Assembly (NCBI RefSeq): GCF_000008465.1
Contig: NC_006512.1
Coordinates: 1,830,001 to 1,862,000, forward strand
DNA length: 32,000 nucleotides
From: Idiomarina loihiensis L2TR
GTDB taxonomy: Bacteria; Pseudomonadota; Gammaproteobacteria; Enterobacterales; Alteromonadaceae
Reading direction: 5' to 3'
Made by a program: the position numbers and the translations under genes. The notes below the pieces were generated by a model that worked only from the letters and a program-made list of their open reading frames with translations, was not told the origin of the DNA and did not search any database. This document shows positions 18,136 through 26,818 of this stretch, one piece after another. Numbering within the stretch: position 1 is the first letter of the stretch; each line of letters opens with the position of its first letter.

Positions 18136-21100
18136 TAGTGTTGTCCTCCGTGCTGATGCCCTTTGCCGGTAAAGTGATCTAACCAAAAGTCGTGTTCAGT
18201 ATCACAGTGCCAGGTAGGTTGATCCGATTTATAACCGTCTTTAGCCCCTATTTTTGCATCATCACCTGCCGCTAAAACTTTTTGGATAAGTGCGTTCTTT
18301 TCTTGCGTAACCGCCTGCTGTCGTTGTTTATCCAGTTCGCGGTCGAAGAACTTACGGCCGTTAATCCAAGTTTGCTCCGCGCGCGCATAAGCACTTAACG
18401 GATAATGGCTCCAAAGCACGAAATCGGCGTGTTTACCTTTTTCAACCGACCCTACATAACGGTCCACTTTTAACTGCTTAGCCGGGTTAATGGTCACCAT
18501 TTTCAGTGCTTCGTGTGGATCCATATCACAGTACAGAACCGATTTAGCCGCTTCAGTATTTAAACGACGTTGTAAGTCATTACTGTCAGAGTTAATGCTG
18601 GTTAAGACTCCGCGTTCTTTCATCAAGCACGCGTTATGCGGAATGGCATCATAAACCTCAAACTTATATGCCCACCAGTCCGCAAAGGTTGAGCCACTGG
18701 CACCGTGCTCAGCCATTTCATCAGCGACCTTGTAGCCTTCCAGAATGTGAGTAAAGGTATCCAGGGTAAACCCAAAGTCTTCTGCGACTTCCATTAACAT
18801 CAAAATTTCTGACGCTACGTAAGAGTGAGCATGTACAAAGCGTTCACTGTTTAGAATTTCCAGCAACGTCTCCAGACGATAATCCGGCCGCGGAGCTGCA
18901 ACTTTATTGCGCTCTGAACGGCTCATACGTTCGTAAGCCTGTTTCCGCTGCTGATACTCAAGAGCAGCCTGGAAAGCGTCGCGCATAATGGTTTCAACAC
19001 CCAGGCGAGTTTGAGGGTATCGAACCGTCATGTTGTCACCCCAGTTACTCTGCTTAACGTTTTCGCCTAATGCAAACTTGATAGACTCAGGTGCTGCATC
19101 AAACTTCATGACATTAGCATCCGCTCCCCAGCGTAACTTAATCACTTGCGCCTGACCGCCAATAGGGTTAGCTGAGCCATGCAGCAACTGTGCCATGGTC
19201 GTCCCGCCTGCCAGCGAACGATAAATGTGAATATCATCCGAGTTAACCACATCACCAATTCGGACTTCCGATGTCACCGCTTCAGAGCCTTCGTTAACAC
19301 CACCTTCAATAGCAATGTGTGAATGCTCGTCGATGATTCCCGGAGTTAAATGCATTCCGGCGCCATCAATTTCAGTCACGCCGGAAGGTGCAGACAAGTT
19401 TTTGCCAATAGCTGCAAATTCACCATCTCGAACCAGCACATCAGTTTCTTCAAGAATGCCGTCGTCCGTTGCAGTCCAGACCGTTACGTTGCGGATAAGA
19501 ACATCCTGACGCTCCGGCAAACCGTCAAGACCGTATGCCACATTCGGGAAAGTCAGCTCGCTGACATAATTCACCGGCTCTGCTTCACCGCTTGTTTCAG
19601 TCTCGCTTTCAGCAGAATCCATTTGAGCCTCTAACCTGACTTCCTCTCCTTGAGGAGAAACAGCCGTTACTAAAAACACTCCCTGAGCTTCAGGTTCCAG
19701 CTTGAAGCGCCAGCTTCCAGCGGGTTCTGCTTCCAGGTCGGCAACAAAAGATAAAGACTGGCTTCCAGACTGAACGTGACGTAAAGCGCTGGTCTTTTCA
19801 TTCGCCTTAACTTCACCGCTTAGCGCTGCACCAGGTTTAATTGCAATCTCGATATCCTGGTCATTCAATTTCATGCTGTAATTGCCAACAAAATCGACTT
19901 TATCCCGTGATACCAGCTCGTTTTCTTCACCCTGCAACCAAACTGACTGAATGGTGCCATCTGCAAACAAATCGCCTTTGACCATAACAAAGTCAGCCTT
20001 GTAGCCCTGAGCCAGCTTACCGGCTTTGTCGTCTACCCCGGCAATTTTCGCCGGAATAGTCGTCAACGCAGCAAGAGCCTTCTCTTCGCTCAAGCCATAC
20101 TTAACCGCTTTACGCAGGTTAGGCCAAAAGCTCTCCGCATTTTCCAGGTCGTGTAAAGTCAAAGCAAAGTTCACACCTGCCTCAGCTAACATAGCTGGAT
20201 TAGACGGAGCTCGTTCCCAGTGGCGCAGCTTAGCTAAATCGACGTCGAGGTGCGCATCGACACCGCCAACGTCTGGTGCAGCCGGAAAGTTAAGTGGGAG
20301 AATTAAATCACTCCCGGCATTTTTTACCGCGTCTAAGCGCGCATATTCATAACCCGAGGCAACATAAACCGACGGCACTTTGAACTGATCAAAGACATCA
20401 TCAGCACGTAACAATGACTTTTCATTGCTTACTTTAAAAACAATTCCGGTATTCTCGATATCTGTCAGTGAATCAAGCGCCGCATTAAATTCAACCGATT
20501 GATTATGCGACTGCTTTCCATAAGAGTTTTCATACCAGTTAGCATCAGACAAGGTTTGTCTGACCAGCGCAATACTGCCCATCAGCGATGAAGGGTACTG
20601 CTGCTGTGATGAGCCTTTATCAAATGAACCAAAGTGCTTTGACTCACTTTGGTAAATAACGTCGTTAGGTATTTTGTCTGCCAGCGAAACCGTTACCGCC
20701 TGCCCCTGAAAAATACCGTCTAAGTTAGCTGACTGCACACTGGTGAAACCTTGTGACACCCATTTATTCGCATCTTCAGAGTTGGTTTTAAACTCGCTGA
20801 ACCAGTGTTTTTGCGAGTGAATCGCGTCATTTGCCGCGTTACCGCCCTCACGCTCATTGTTATAAATTGGCGTATCTGAACGTTCTTGCTCACTGCTAAC
20901 GTTAATTCCGTAGCTGCTGTAGGGGTCAATAAATCCCGGGTAAATCGTGTACCCGGTTCCGTCAATCACCCGCGCTCCGGCAGGAGCCCGATTATTTCGC
21001 TCAATTGACTGAACGGCGCCATTTTCAATAACCAAAGTGGCGTTAGTAATAGATTTTCCCGGCTCAGTAATAATTGTTGCATTCTGAATTGCCGTCAGAC

Positions 21101-21215
21101 TTGGTGTGTTATCCCGCATCCCGTTTGTCCGGGAAGTCTGATCAGCCGCAACCGAAGCGGTCAGTACCGACGTTACCGCTAACGTCAAAGCACTGAACTG
21201 ATGCACTTTTTTCAT
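18135..21215 (-). CDS. Secreted two-module amidohydrolase-superfamily protein (degenerate N-terminal module + canonical C-terminal module)
   Basis: 1026 aa with signal peptide MKKVHQFSALTLAVTSVLTASVAA. The N-terminal half has GFIDPYSSYG (20907..20936) instead of HxH and shares LAEAGVNFA with the downstream 433-aa protein. The C-terminal half has GIIDEHSHI (HSH at 19317..19325), LLHGSANP, VHAHS and SINSDSN, which are typical metal ligands. Confidence 0.8.
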   Translation of the reverse strand: MKKVHQFSALTLAVTSVLTASVAADQTSRTNGMRDNTPSLTAIQNATIITEPGKSITNATLVIENGAVQSIERNNRAPAGARVIDGTGYTIYPGFIDPYSSYGINVSSEQERSDTPIYNNEREGGNAANDAIHSQKHWFSEFKTNSEDANKWVSQGFTSVQSANLDGIFQGQAVTVSLADKIPNDVIYQSESKHFGSFDKGSSQQQYPSSLMGSIALVRQTLSDANWYENSYGKQSHNQSVEFNAALDSLTDIENTGIVFKVSNEKSLLRADDVFDQFKVPSVYVASGYEYARLDAVKNAGSDLILPLNFPAAPDVGGVDAHLDVDLAKLRHWERAPSNPAMLAEAGVNFALTLHDLENAESFWPNLRKAVKYGLSEEKALAALTTIPAKIAGVDDKAGKLAQGYKADFVMVKGDLFADGTIQSVWLQGEENELVSRDKVDFVGNYSMKLNDQDIEIAIKPGAALSGEVKANEKTSALRHVQSGSQSLSFVADLEAEPAGSWRFKLEPEAQGVFLVTAVSPQGEEVRLEAQMDSAESETETSGEAEPVNYVSELTFPNVAYGLDGLPERQDVLIRNVTVWTATDDGILEETDVLVRDGEFAAIGKNLSAPSGVTEIDGAGMHLTPGIIDEHSHIAIEGGVNEGSEAVTSEVRIGDVVNSDDIHIYRSLAGGTTMAQLLHGSANPIGGQAQVIKLRWGADANVMKFDAAPESIKFALGENVKQSNWGDNMTVRYPQTRLGVETIMRDAFQAALEYQQRKQAYERMSRSERNKVAAPRPDYRLETLLEILNSERFVHAHSYVASEILMLMEVAEDFGFTLDTFTHILEGYKVADEMAEHGASGSTFADWWAYKFEVYDAIPHNACLMKERGVLTSINSDSNDLQRRLNTEAAKSVLYCDMDPHEALKMVTINPAKQLKVDRYVGSVEKGKHADFVLWSHYPLSAYARAEQTWINGRKFFDRELDKQRQQAVTQEKNALIQKVLAAGDDAKIGAKDGYKSDQPTWHCDTEHDFWLDHFTGKGHQHGGQH

Positions 21216-21356
21216 GAATTGTCCCCATTTTGACTTATTCTTGTCATTTAGTTATCTCATTAGATAAGTTACTTTGTTATACATAGAGGTGACAAGCATT
21301 AACCGACAGATCGTGTATTATTAACGATCAGTGAATTCAATAAACGGAGTGTTTCA

Positions 21357-21821
21357 ATGAAAAAACAATTACTAACAACAGCTCTAGCTGGCCTGATGAC
21401 TCTGTCATTCAATGTAGCCGCTGATGAAACCGCCTTTAACGATGCCGAGAAAGCCGTAGAGTACCGTCAAAAAGCATTGTCTGTTATGAAAGAAAACTTT
21501 TCCGCTATGGCCGCTATGGTAAAAGGCGAAGTTGAATACAACGCAGATTTTTTTCAACGTCGTGCAAATGATTTCGAGAAAATGTCAGGTATTCCGTGGG
21601 CCGGTTTTGCCGTTGAAGGCGCAATGCCAGGCAATAACTCTGATGCATTAACTGCCATATGGGATAACTGGGATGACTTTCAGCAGCGCGCTAATGACTT
21701 GCAAGAGTACGCTGCGAAACTGGCTGAAGTTAGCCAAGAAGGCTCTATTGACTCAATAAAACCCGTTTTTATGGACGCCGCAAAAACCTGCAAAGGTTGC
21801 CACGACGAATATAAAGACTAG
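21357..21821 (+). CDS. Cytochrome c' (class II c-type cytochrome)
   Basis: 154 aa with a signal peptide, a four-helix-bundle-like sequence and a single haem motif very near the C-terminus (CKGCHDEYK), as in cytochromes c'. GGAG upstream of the ATG. Confidence 0.85.
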   Translation: MKKQLLTTALAGLMTLSFNVAADETAFNDAEKAVEYRQKALSVMKENFSAMAAMVKGEVEYNADFFQRRANDFEKMSGIPWAGFAVEGAMPGNNSDALTAIWDNWDDFQQRANDLQEYAAKLAEVSQEGSIDSIKPVFMDAAKTCKGCHDEYKD

Positions 21822-22465
21822 TTAAGCAGCAACATTAAGATTAACCAGACAGCAACCGCTAAAATGAGCCCCTGCCAACCGGGTTTTAGATTTGGCGCTT
21901 GCTGACTGGTGATTCTGTAACCATGCACCATGGAAGCCACTAAAGGTGTTCCTTTAAAGCGATAAAAAAGCACGGCCAGAATATGTACGGCAATAACAAT
22001 TAATATTACGTCGAACTGGGTTTTATGCCAGCTGGTTACCGCTTTTTGCCCATCCGAAGATAGCCAATTAGATAATGGCCCCGAAAATAAAATGCCGTCG
22101 GTTGAAAATAGCCCCGTAATAACCTGGCTTAAAAGCAACCCAAGCATAATGATGACAGCCCAGCCACCAGCAGTGCTGTGGGTGTTTTCTGCTTCATAGC
22201 GCCCTTTAAAAACATTATGCAGATGCTTCAAGATAGCCTTAGGAGACTTTAAAAAGGTTTTAAAACGGGCATTTTCGCTACCAAATATTCCCCAGCAAAC
22301 TCTGACTAAAAGTAACGCAAGTAAGGCAATTCCAATATCCTTATGCAGCTCCATGCGGCCATTTTCGACGGTCCACCATAGCCCGCCTAAAAGAACAATA
22401 AGCAAACCGTGAAACACACGAATAAAGCTATCCCAAACTTTTATAGAATTTCCTTTCTGATTCAT
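21818..22465 (-). CDS. Cytochrome b561-family membrane protein
   Basis: 215 aa with four predicted TM helices carrying conserved His residues (RVFHGLL, ELHKDIG, SWHKTQF, AVHILAV), typical of the bacterial cytochrome b561 / Ni-Fe hydrogenase b-type cytochrome family. Confidence 0.8.
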   Translation of the reverse strand: MNQKGNSIKVWDSFIRVFHGLLIVLLGGLWWTVENGRMELHKDIGIALLALLLVRVCWGIFGSENARFKTFLKSPKAILKHLHNVFKGRYEAENTHSTAGGWAVIIMLGLLLSQVITGLFSTDGILFSGPLSNWLSSDGQKAVTSWHKTQFDVILIVIAVHILAVLFYRFKGTPLVASMVHGYRITSQQAPNLKPGWQGLILAVAVWLILMLLLN

Positions 22466-22543
22466 GTTGTTAGCTCCAAATTACTGGGAATATAAAAAGC
22501 TAAGTGCTAGGGTATAATTAATTCCATTAAATGGGTAGTGACT

Positions 22544-22900
22544 ATGCGCAAAGTTCTTATTGCTGACGACGACTTTATCAGCCTTGAAGTGTTAAAAGCG
22601 ATGCTGGCCAATTTTGAGGTAAGTATATTAACAGCAATGACAGGGGAAGAAGCCTTGAACCTGGCAGGAGAGGCTCCGGTTCTTATCTTTCTGGATTACG
22701 AAATGCCGGACATGTCGGGAGCTGAAGTCTGCCAGGAGTTGCGACAAAGCGATATGCACAAGAACACACCGGTTATCGCTATCACCAGTCATCAAAGCGC
22801 TAGCGAAATGAGCGCTTGTCGTGAAGCCGGCATGAATGCAACATTGCATAAGCCAGTTTCACCAGAAGCGCTTAGCGAGTTAATGACTGAATACTTATAA
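22544..22900 (+). CDS. Single-domain CheY-like response regulator
   Basis: MRKVLIADDD, LIFLDYEMPDMSG, IAITS and LHKP form a complete receiver with no output domain. GTG 22538 is an alternative start. Confidence 0.8.
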   Translation: MRKVLIADDDFISLEVLKAMLANFEVSILTAMTGEEALNLAGEAPVLIFLDYEMPDMSGAEVCQELRQSDMHKNTPVIAITSHQSASEMSACREAGMNATLHKPVSPEALSELMTEYL

Positions 22901-22919
22901 AGCTTGTAGCCAGCAACTA

Positions 22920-24062
22920 TTATTGATGCTTTAATCTTTGGTCGTCTGCCAGCTGCACCAAAGATTCGCTTTCTTTCAGGAACTGACTGGAAAATTCACC
23001 GAAATACTGGCTAACTTCATCGAAAAGCGATATAAAGTCAGATTTTTTACCGTTTTCGATATCATCAATGATTGCCGAGAATTGCTGCAGATAACGTCTG
23101 ATCGATGCAAATTGTCCTTTGTTCGCAGCAATAATATCGGCATAAAGTTCCGCATTTTGCGCAAACAAACGACCTATCATCATTAATTCCATCCGATAAA
23201 TAGGCGAGCTCAATTCCAACAGCTCTTTAATATCGACGCGTTCATTAGCCAGGTGAACACCGTAAGCAAAAGTGCTTAAATGGCGCATCGCCTGGATCCA
23301 GCCCATGGCGTCGTCATGTTTATCGGCATTCACTTCGTGTAAATGGGCGCCCCAGTTAACAAACTGGTCCAGTAACCACTGATAACGCTCAGGCTGTCGG
23401 CCGTGAGTAACAACTACCAGCTGCTTCGCCAAATTCTGCACAGAAGGACCGAACATAGGATGCAAACCAACGACCGGCCCGCTATGCTGTGCCAGCATGG
23501 CGTTTAAAGGAGCCGCTTTAATACTGGTTACATCAGCCAGAACACAGTCCTCCGCTAAAGGTGGTAACTGCTTTATCAATTCAACGGTCTTATTGACCGG
23601 CACACTCATCAATACCAACTGCGCTTGGCTTAAATCGTCCTTATCTGGCCAGTCATCGTCTTTATCAATGGTTATTACCGAATAGCCTGTTTGCCTTAAC
23701 TGACTGACCAGACGCGCACCCAAAGCCCCTTTACCGCCAAACACAAAAACCGGTCGTTCAAGTTGAGTCGAAGTTGCAGCCGCCTGTGCTGTTTGCGTCC
23801 GATACGACTCTCGAATAATACGACGAATAACATCTTCGATTAAGTCTTCCGACAAGCCTGCCTCTTTGGCTTTGCTTCTGCGCGCTTTTATTAAAGAACG
23901 TTCTCTCTGTGGAACGTAAAGAGGCTGTTTCAACGCACGTTTGGTTTCTCCCACAGCGGCAGTTAACTTTGCTCGCCGGGCAATTATCTCAATTAATTCG
24001 TTATCAGTGGCATCAATTGCATTACGCAGTTCTGATAATTGTTGGTCCGGGTCATGGCTCAT
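22920..24062 (-). CDS. tyrA: Bifunctional chorismate mutase / prephenate dehydrogenase (T-protein)
   Basis: The N-terminal AroQ chorismate mutase helix (LRNAIDATDNELIEIIARRAKL, VPQRE) is fused to a prephenate dehydrogenase (VFGGKGALG Rossmann motif, GLHPMFGP). Confidence 0.9.
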   Translation of the reverse strand: MSHDPDQQLSELRNAIDATDNELIEIIARRAKLTAAVGETKRALKQPLYVPQRERSLIKARRSKAKEAGLSEDLIEDVIRRIIRESYRTQTAQAAATSTQLERPVFVFGGKGALGARLVSQLRQTGYSVITIDKDDDWPDKDDLSQAQLVLMSVPVNKTVELIKQLPPLAEDCVLADVTSIKAAPLNAMLAQHSGPVVGLHPMFGPSVQNLAKQLVVVTHGRQPERYQWLLDQFVNWGAHLHEVNADKHDDAMGWIQAMRHLSTFAYGVHLANERVDIKELLELSSPIYRMELMMIGRLFAQNAELYADIIAANKGQFASIRRYLQQFSAIIDDIENGKKSDFISLFDEVSQYFGEFSSQFLKESESLVQLADDQRLKHQ

Positions 24063-24073
24063 GAGCTGTTATC

Positions 24074-24676
24074 TTATTCCTCTTTTATGGCTTCTATAAC
24101 ACTATGGTAGGCTTTCTGAATTTTTTGCATTTTAGCCACACTCCCGCCTTTATCGGGGTGGTACTTGTGTACTAGTTTACGATATTGCTTTTTGATAAAG
24201 GCCTGACTTGCCGGCGGTTCAACTTCCATAATCTGCCAGGCATCGTTCACAGGCATGCTGGTTTCTACCTTAGAAGAAGAATGCCCCATGCGCCGCCAAA
24301 AATCATCCAGCATAGATTCAACATCAGCGCCGGATGTCGAGCCCAGTTGATTCAGATCTAAATAATATTCTGCTAACGCGTCCTTTTCTGTCAATGCAGA
24401 AACGCCACGTTGCCATGGCTGACACTCAATATTCAGGGTATGAATAAAAAGCTCGTACTTTTTTTCTTTCCGCCAGCGTTCACGCAATTTATAAAGACAG
24501 TGAAACAATAAAAAGTGAGTCTGAAACAAGGTCAAGGGATCACGCAGAGCTTCTTTATCAAAGAACTCATAAGGCGGCCCCTGCAAAGACGCAATCAGTT
24601 CATGCTCAGTCCAGTGGTGCTGAGTATCCAAATTTTCAGCTAAAATCTGGGTTAATATTTCGATATCTTCGTTCAT
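24074..24676 (-). CDS. J-domain protein (DnaJ-related, C-terminal J domain with HPD)
   Basis: 200 aa. The C-terminal sequence FIKKQYRKLVHKYHPDKGG...KIQKAYHSV is a J domain. I do not recognise a function for the N-terminal ~130 aa. Confidence 0.7.
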   Translation of the reverse strand: MNEDIEILTQILAENLDTQHHWTEHELIASLQGPPYEFFDKEALRDPLTLFQTHFLLFHCLYKLRERWRKEKKYELFIHTLNIECQPWQRGVSALTEKDALAEYYLDLNQLGSTSGADVESMLDDFWRRMGHSSSKVETSMPVNDAWQIMEVEPPASQAFIKKQYRKLVHKYHPDKGGSVAKMQKIQKAYHSVIEAIKEE

Positions 24677-24690
24677 TCTAAAACACTATC

Positions 24691-24719
24691 AAAAAACCCA
24701 GCACAAGGCTGGGTTTTTC
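24691..24719 (-). terminator. Rho-independent terminator after rplS
   Basis: Stem CCCAGC (24697..24702) / GCTGGG (24708..24713), extended by A/T pairs and flanked by A6 and T5 runs. On the minus-strand RNA the hairpin is followed by U6. Confidence 0.75.
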
Positions 24720-24747
24720 TTTGCTATTTCGTTTGTTTGCTAAAAGC

Positions 24748-25107
24748 TTAAGACAGCTTCTCGCGGATACGTGCAGACTTACCAGAACGCTCACGCAAGT
24801 AGTACAGTTTCGCGCGACGAACCGCACCACGACGTTTGACTTTAATACTGTCAACTAATGGGCTGTGCGTTTGGAAAGTACGCTCTACGCCTTCACCGTT
24901 CGATACTTTACGTACTGTGAACGCTGAATGCAGACCGCGGTTACGAACACGGATAACAACACCTTCAAACGCCTGAAGACGTTCGCGGTTACCCTCTTTT
25001 ACTTTTACATTTACAACAACAGTGTCACCTGGTGCAAACTCAGGTAAATCTTGTTTCATCTGCTCTTCTTCAAGAGCCTTAATGATGCTTTGGCTAACTT
25101 TTGCCAT
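24748..25107 (-). CDS. rplS: 50S ribosomal protein L19
   Basis: 119 aa, [52 protein letters not shown], which is canonical L19. AGGAGA Shine-Dalgarno. Confidence 0.97.
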   Translation of the reverse strand: MAKVSQSIIKALEEEQMKQDLPEFAPGDTVVVNVKVKEGNRERLQAFEGVVIRVRNRGLHSAFTVRKVSNGEGVERTFQTHSPLVDSIKVKRRGAVRRAKLYYLRERSGKSARIREKLS

Positions 25108-25139
25108 TTTCGTATCTCCTATCCTAGGTAAACTGTACT

Positions 25140-25898
25140 TTATTCGCCGGATGATTGTTGTGCGATAAACTCGTTCAACAATGTTTCCTGCTCGTCAGTC
25201 AGAGCTAGGCTATGAATTAACTCTGGTCGTTGCAGCCAGGTTTTACCCAAAGACTGCTGTAAACGCCAGCGACGTATCTTTTCATGATCACCGCTTAATA
25301 AAACCGGCGGTACTTGCTGTTCATTATAAGTTTCTGGTCGAGTATAGTGAGGGCAGTCCAGTAACCCGCTGGCAAAAGAATCTTCTGCTGCTGAATCCTG
25401 GTGTCCCAACACCCCGGGAATTAACCGTGATACCGCGTCAATAAGCACCATTGCTGGCAACTCACCACCGCTTAATACGTAATCCCCTATCGACCATTCT
25501 GCATCAACGTATTGTTTAATAACGCGTTCATCAATGCCTTCATAACGGCCAGCAATCAAAATCATTCGATCATTGCCGGAGAGATGTTGCACTCCGCTGT
25601 GATCAAGTTTTTGCCCTTGCGGTGACAAATAAATAACAGGAGTATCCTCACCCAGGCTTTGTTTTGCTGCGTTGATAGCATCCACAAGTGGCTGCACCAT
25701 CATCAACATACCCGGACCACCGCCATAAGGCCTGTCATCAACAGTCCTGTGGCGATCATGAGTGAAATCACGAGGATTCCAGACACTCACTGTCAGCAAA
25801 CCTTCCTTTATTGCTCTGCCGGTAACACCGTAATCGGTGACGGCCGAAAACATTTCAGGAAACAAACTGATGACGCCAACCTGCAAAGGCTTGCCCAT
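25140..25898 (-). CDS. trmD: tRNA (guanine37-N1)-methyltransferase
   Basis: [26 protein letters not shown] and [10 protein letters not shown] closely match E. coli TrmD. The preferred ATG at 25898 overlaps the rimM stop (TGATG). The track start 25916 would overlap rimM by 19 nt. Confidence 0.93.
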   Translation of the reverse strand: MGKPLQVGVISLFPEMFSAVTDYGVTGRAIKEGLLTVSVWNPRDFTHDRHRTVDDRPYGGGPGMLMMVQPLVDAINAAKQSLGEDTPVIYLSPQGQKLDHSGVQHLSGNDRMILIAGRYEGIDERVIKQYVDAEWSIGDYVLSGGELPAMVLIDAVSRLIPGVLGHQDSAAEDSFASGLLDCPHYTRPETYNEQQVPPVLLSGDHEKIRRWRLQQSLGKTWLQRPELIHSLALTDEQETLLNEFIAQQSSGE

Positions 25899-26422
25899 CA
25901 AAAGTCCGATGGCCACTCAACCTGAATCTGTTTGGCTTCCTTATCAACCGCAGTGACATATTCACTTTGGATAAAAGGAATTAAACGTTCAGATTTTCCG
26001 AACCCATCGTTGCTGTTTGCTTTTACGACCAACACATCGTTCGATGCGGTGGGCATAATTTGTTCAACCACACCCATATCATAGCCGTTGGTGTTCACTA
26101 CACGCATACCAATAAGGTCGCGCCAGTAAAACTCATCGTCAGCTAATGCCGGTAACTCATCTGCCGTAATGCAAATATCCGCACCAGTAAGGCGCGCAGC
26201 CTCATCGCGATCGGATATGCCTTCTAACCTGGCGATAAGTCCGTTGTTGTGGCGACGCCACTCGACAACTTTCATTTCGCGCTCAGTTTTCTGGCTGAGT
26301 AACCAAGGGCTGTATTCAAATATCGATTCTGGATCATCGGTAAATGACTGCACTTTCAACCAGCCTTTTACGCCATACACCGCACCGATGCGACCAACGA
26401 CGATTTGCTCTGATTGCTGCAT
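25898..26422 (-). CDS. rimM: 16S rRNA processing protein RimM
   Basis: [17 protein letters not shown] is the RimM N-terminal motif. Its position between rpsP and trmD also fits. Confidence 0.93.
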   Translation of the reverse strand: MQQSEQIVVGRIGAVYGVKGWLKVQSFTDDPESIFEYSPWLLSQKTEREMKVVEWRRHNNGLIARLEGISDRDEAARLTGADICITADELPALADDEFYWRDLIGMRVVNTNGYDMGVVEQIMPTASNDVLVVKANSNDGFGKSERLIPFIQSEYVTAVDKEAKQIQVEWPSDF

Positions 26423-26450
26423 TAATTTACCTACCTGAATCTGTTAATGC

Positions 26451-26699
26451 TTACGCCGCAGCGCTTGCATCTTTAACTAATTTAGCAACACGATCAGATA
26501 ACTGAGCGCCTTTGCTTACCCAATGCTCGATGCGGTCAACATCAACACGAAGTTTTTCTTCCTGACCACGAGCTACAGGGTTAAAAAATCCTACTTTCTC
26601 AATGAAACGACCGTCGCGAGCATTGCGACTGTCAGCAACTACCATTTGGTAGAAGGGGCGTTTTTTCGCGCCACCACGTTGTAAACGAATGGTTACCAT
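26451..26699 (-). CDS. rpsP: 30S ribosomal protein S16
   Basis: From the ATG at 26699 the product is [34 protein letters not shown], canonical S16, with a GAGGAA Shine-Dalgarno. The 25-codon upstream extension in the track (to 26774) crosses the leader hairpin and is rejected. Confidence 0.95.
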
Positions 26700-26730
26700 T
26701 GCGTTCCTCAATATAACTGTTTTGTAAATG

Positions 26731-26767
26731 TAAAAAATAGCAAAGCCCTCCGACAGAGTCGGAAGGC
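26731..26767 (-). terminator. Terminator-like hairpin plus U-tract, downstream of ffh and inside the rpsP leader
   Basis: Minus-strand RNA reads GCCUUCCGA-CUCUG-UCGGAGGGC (9 bp including one G-U; 26767..26745), followed by UUUGCUAUUUUUU (26744..26732). It ends 32 nt upstream of the rpsP ATG. Confidence 0.6.
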
Positions 26768-26773
26768 TCGGCA

Positions 26774-26801
26774 ATTCTACTGATTTTTACTGCAAATGCA
26801 A
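26774..26801 (-). promoter_or_regulatory. Candidate sigma-70 promoter for the rpsP operon
   Basis: Minus strand TTGCAT (26801..26796), 16-nt spacer, TAGAAT (26779..26774). It begins 18 nt after the ffh stop codon. This is prediction by eye only. Confidence 0.4.
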
Positions 26802-26818
26802 GCTTGACGCGCTTTTTC

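Noticed and set aside
18135-18186. Apparent 52-bp overlap between the two amidohydrolase genes.
   Set aside because: It is an artefact of the longest-ORF call. Starting at the ATG at 18135 gives a proper signal peptide (MNKLLTTVSAALV...) and a 1-nt TAATG stop/start overlap.
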